Below, in pieces: positions 62,063-64,000 of a stretch of 64,000 nt of DNA. Position 1 is the first letter of the stretch. Every line of letters starts with the position of its first letter. The notes below the pieces were generated by a model. That model was not told the DNA's origin. It made no database searches and saw only the letters and a program-made list of their open reading frames with translations. The position numbers and the translations under genes are program-made. Source of the stretch: Alphaproteobacteria bacterium (lineage in GTDB: Bacteria; Pseudomonadota; Alphaproteobacteria; UBA7887); contig CBDCGL010000011.1 in the NCBI GenBank assembly GCA_965216755.1, positions 3,104,001-3,168,000 of the forward strand. The letters run 5' to 3'.

Positions 62063-62164
62063 TGGTTTTTGATTGATTTATATAACCATTCTAATTTGGC
62101 GCGTAAGCCCATATTTGGCAAGAGAAATTCCGCTCGCGGCAATTTGATGCCAAAGCAGAACGAC

Positions 62165-63562
62165 TTAGTCGCCGCTGACTATTCGAGCCGTAAGCTCGCC
62201 GACCGTTGGGATGAAACCATTGGAATAAAACGGATCATTGCCAAATCGGAATGCGCCATGGCCAGCAAACATGAGCTGATTCTCGATGTCGTCGCCCATG
62301 CGGATCGCCTGTAAGGTCTTTTGAATGCAATAGCTGCGCGGATCCGCCTTGCGCCCAGTTGAATGGCCGTTGCTTTGCGCCCAATTGCTGAAATTGCAGG
62401 CGCTTAGACAACCCATGCAGGCGATTTGGTCTTGGCGAATCTCCTCGGCCTTATGTGGGGTGACGAAAATGAGTGTCGAATCCGGCGTACGCATAATGCT
62501 TGTGTAGCCCGCAGCTTGCCACGCTTTGGCCCGCGTCACATCGCCGCTGGTCAAATAGACTTGGCGCTTGCGCGCCCCAGTCTCAAACGGCGTGTCATGT
62601 TCACCCACTTGTTCCGTCGTAAATGCGATCTGACGATCAGACCGCGCGGCCAGCTCTTGCATGAAGTCGTTGTTGACCGCGGAAGACCAAAATCCGGTTG
62701 GGCTGAAGCGATTGAGGAAGATGTCACCTTCCTCAAGCCCAAGAAGGCGCTGCTTCCATTCATCGGAAATCGGGCTTTCGACGGTCAGCAACGGCCGACT
62801 GCCAAATTGAAACGCGATCGGTCCAAGGTCGGGATTGTCGATCCAATCGATCCATTCGCGTAAATACCAGACACCGCCCGCCATGAAGATCGGCGTGTCG
62901 TTGAGGCCGAACGTGCGCATCTGCTCGCGCAGCGCCAAAACCCGCGGGAAAGGGTCTTCGGGAACGTCCGGATCTTCACTGTTGGACAAGCCGTTATGGC
63001 CGCCGGCGCGCCACGGGTCTTCATAGACAACTCCACCCAGCCAATCGGCGAATTTGTGATAAGCACGCTTCCACAAAGCCCGAAACGCGCGGGCGGACGA
63101 CACAATGGGGTAATAATAGATGCCGTGGCGGGCAGAGATTTCAGCGATGCGATAAGGCATCCCCGCGCCACATGTGACGCCATGGATTATGCCCTTGGCA
63201 CCGTTCAAGATTCCTTCCAGCACCCGTTCGGCGCCACCCATTTCCCACAAGATATTGACGTGAATGCGGCCCTCGCCACAGGCCATTTCGTGCGCGATTC
63301 GCGCCTGGGTGATGCCGCCACTAATGGCATAGGCGACCAATTCATCATGGCGCTCGCGTCGGCTGCGACCGTGATACAAGATCGGCACGGGCTCGCCATT
63401 TTGCGTGTGTGGTTGCGCGTTGACGCCGGAAAACGTGCCGACTCCACCGGATCGCGCCCAAGCACCCGAACTCTCGCCGTTCGAGATGGCGATGCCCTTG
63501 CCGCCTTCGACAATAGGCAGCACTTCGCGCCCCGAAAGCATCACGGGATTAAGCGACTTCAC
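62165..63562 (-). CDS. Nitronate monooxygenase / 2-nitropropane dioxygenase-like flavin oxidoreductase
   Basis: PIVEGGKG, CGAGMP, EDPWRAGGHNG, MAGGVW, CMGCLSAC, YCIQKTL, LMFAG; GTG start inferred. Confidence 0.85.
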   Translation of the reverse strand: MKSLNPVMLSGREVLPIVEGGKGIAISNGESSGAWARSGGVGTFSGVNAQPHTQNGEPVPILYHGRSRRERHDELVAYAISGGITQARIAHEMACGEGRIHVNILWEMGGAERVLEGILNGAKGIIHGVTCGAGMPYRIAEISARHGIYYYPIVSSARAFRALWKRAYHKFADWLGGVVYEDPWRAGGHNGLSNSEDPDVPEDPFPRVLALREQMRTFGLNDTPIFMAGGVWYLREWIDWIDNPDLGPIAFQFGSRPLLTVESPISDEWKQRLLGLEEGDIFLNRFSPTGFWSSAVNNDFMQELAARSDRQIAFTTEQVGEHDTPFETGARKRQVYLTSGDVTRAKAWQAAGYTSIMRTPDSTLIFVTPHKAEEIRQDQIACMGCLSACNFSNWAQSNGHSTGRKADPRSYCIQKTLQAIRMGDDIENQLMFAGHGAFRFGNDPFYSNGFIPTVGELTARIVSGD

Positions 63563-63749
63563 TGTGCGTCTTTCCTTGTTGGGACGGGCTCGTCCGTCCT
63601 TCGCCAACCGGTATATGGCGCCAATCCGAGATTTGGCCAGCCCGAGGCACGCAATTTCCAAATTGCCCCGAACGTAGAACGCGCTTGTTCACGGCCAAGG
63701 TTGGCATAGTATGAAGCGCTATGATCCGCTTCAACCGAACGCGATAGCC

Positions 63750-64000
63750 ATGGCCGTTGCCATCGAGACCGTGTTGGACAACCTCTGCGACGATCCCTCG
63801 AATTGTCGCGAACGCTTGCTGCATACCGCGGGCGTTTTGTTTGCCGAGCGCGGCAAGGATGCGGTCTCGACACGGGAATTGACAAAAGCTGCCGGGGTCA
63901 ATTTGTCGGCGATTGCTTATTATTTCGGTGGCAAGGACGGTCTTTATCGCGAACTGATCAATCACACGATCGAAGGCGCGCAAAAGCTGCTTGGTGGCGC
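63750..64000 (+). CDS. TetR/AcrR-family transcriptional regulator (partial, runs off window)
   Basis: My translation: RERLLHTAGVLFAERGKDAVSTRELTKAAGVNLSAIAYYFGGKDGLY, a TetR HTH. Confidence 0.92.
   Translation, partial: MAVAIETVLDNLCDDPSNCRERLLHTAGVLFAERGKDAVSTRELTKAAGVNLSAIAYYFGGKDGLYRELINHTIEGAQKLLGG

Overview
GC-rich alphaproteobacterial chromosome segment, most like Rhodospirillales; the taxonomy is inferred from gene order and protein types. It is largely core genome: hemC-hemD-mic60(COG4223)-hemY, tsaD-gpsA, dapD, rpmH-rnpA-yidD-yidC-engB-argB, rpsT-dnaA-dnaN-recF-gyrB-PBP1A, mutM, ubiE-ubiB-coaBC-dut-moeB and irr-rubrerythrin-FeS oxidoreductase-DUF3501. An accessory-looking stretch at about 1-11.6 kb surrounds tRNA-Thr(CGT). 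I found no CRISPR array, integrase or transposase. Best leads: (1) a twin-arginine-signal, myo-inositol-oxygenase-like HD diiron enzyme with all six metal ligands but an altered substrate pocket; (2) a CyaC-type cytochrome-b/[2Fe-2S]/class III cyclase with Glu at the purine-specificity site, suggesting a redox-sensing guanylate cyclase; (3) two copies of an AT-rich 86-bp palindromic REPIN/MITE-like element, both between convergent genes; (4) a ~107-bp RIME/CIR-like double palindrome between hemD and mic60 that contains a perfect FNR box; (5) a perfect Irr ICE box next to the rubrerythrin promoter; (6) an exact in-frame 30-bp tandem duplication between the two Fe-S motifs of the rubrerythrin-associated oxidoreductase. 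Family assignments come from motif recognition by eye, not from database searches.
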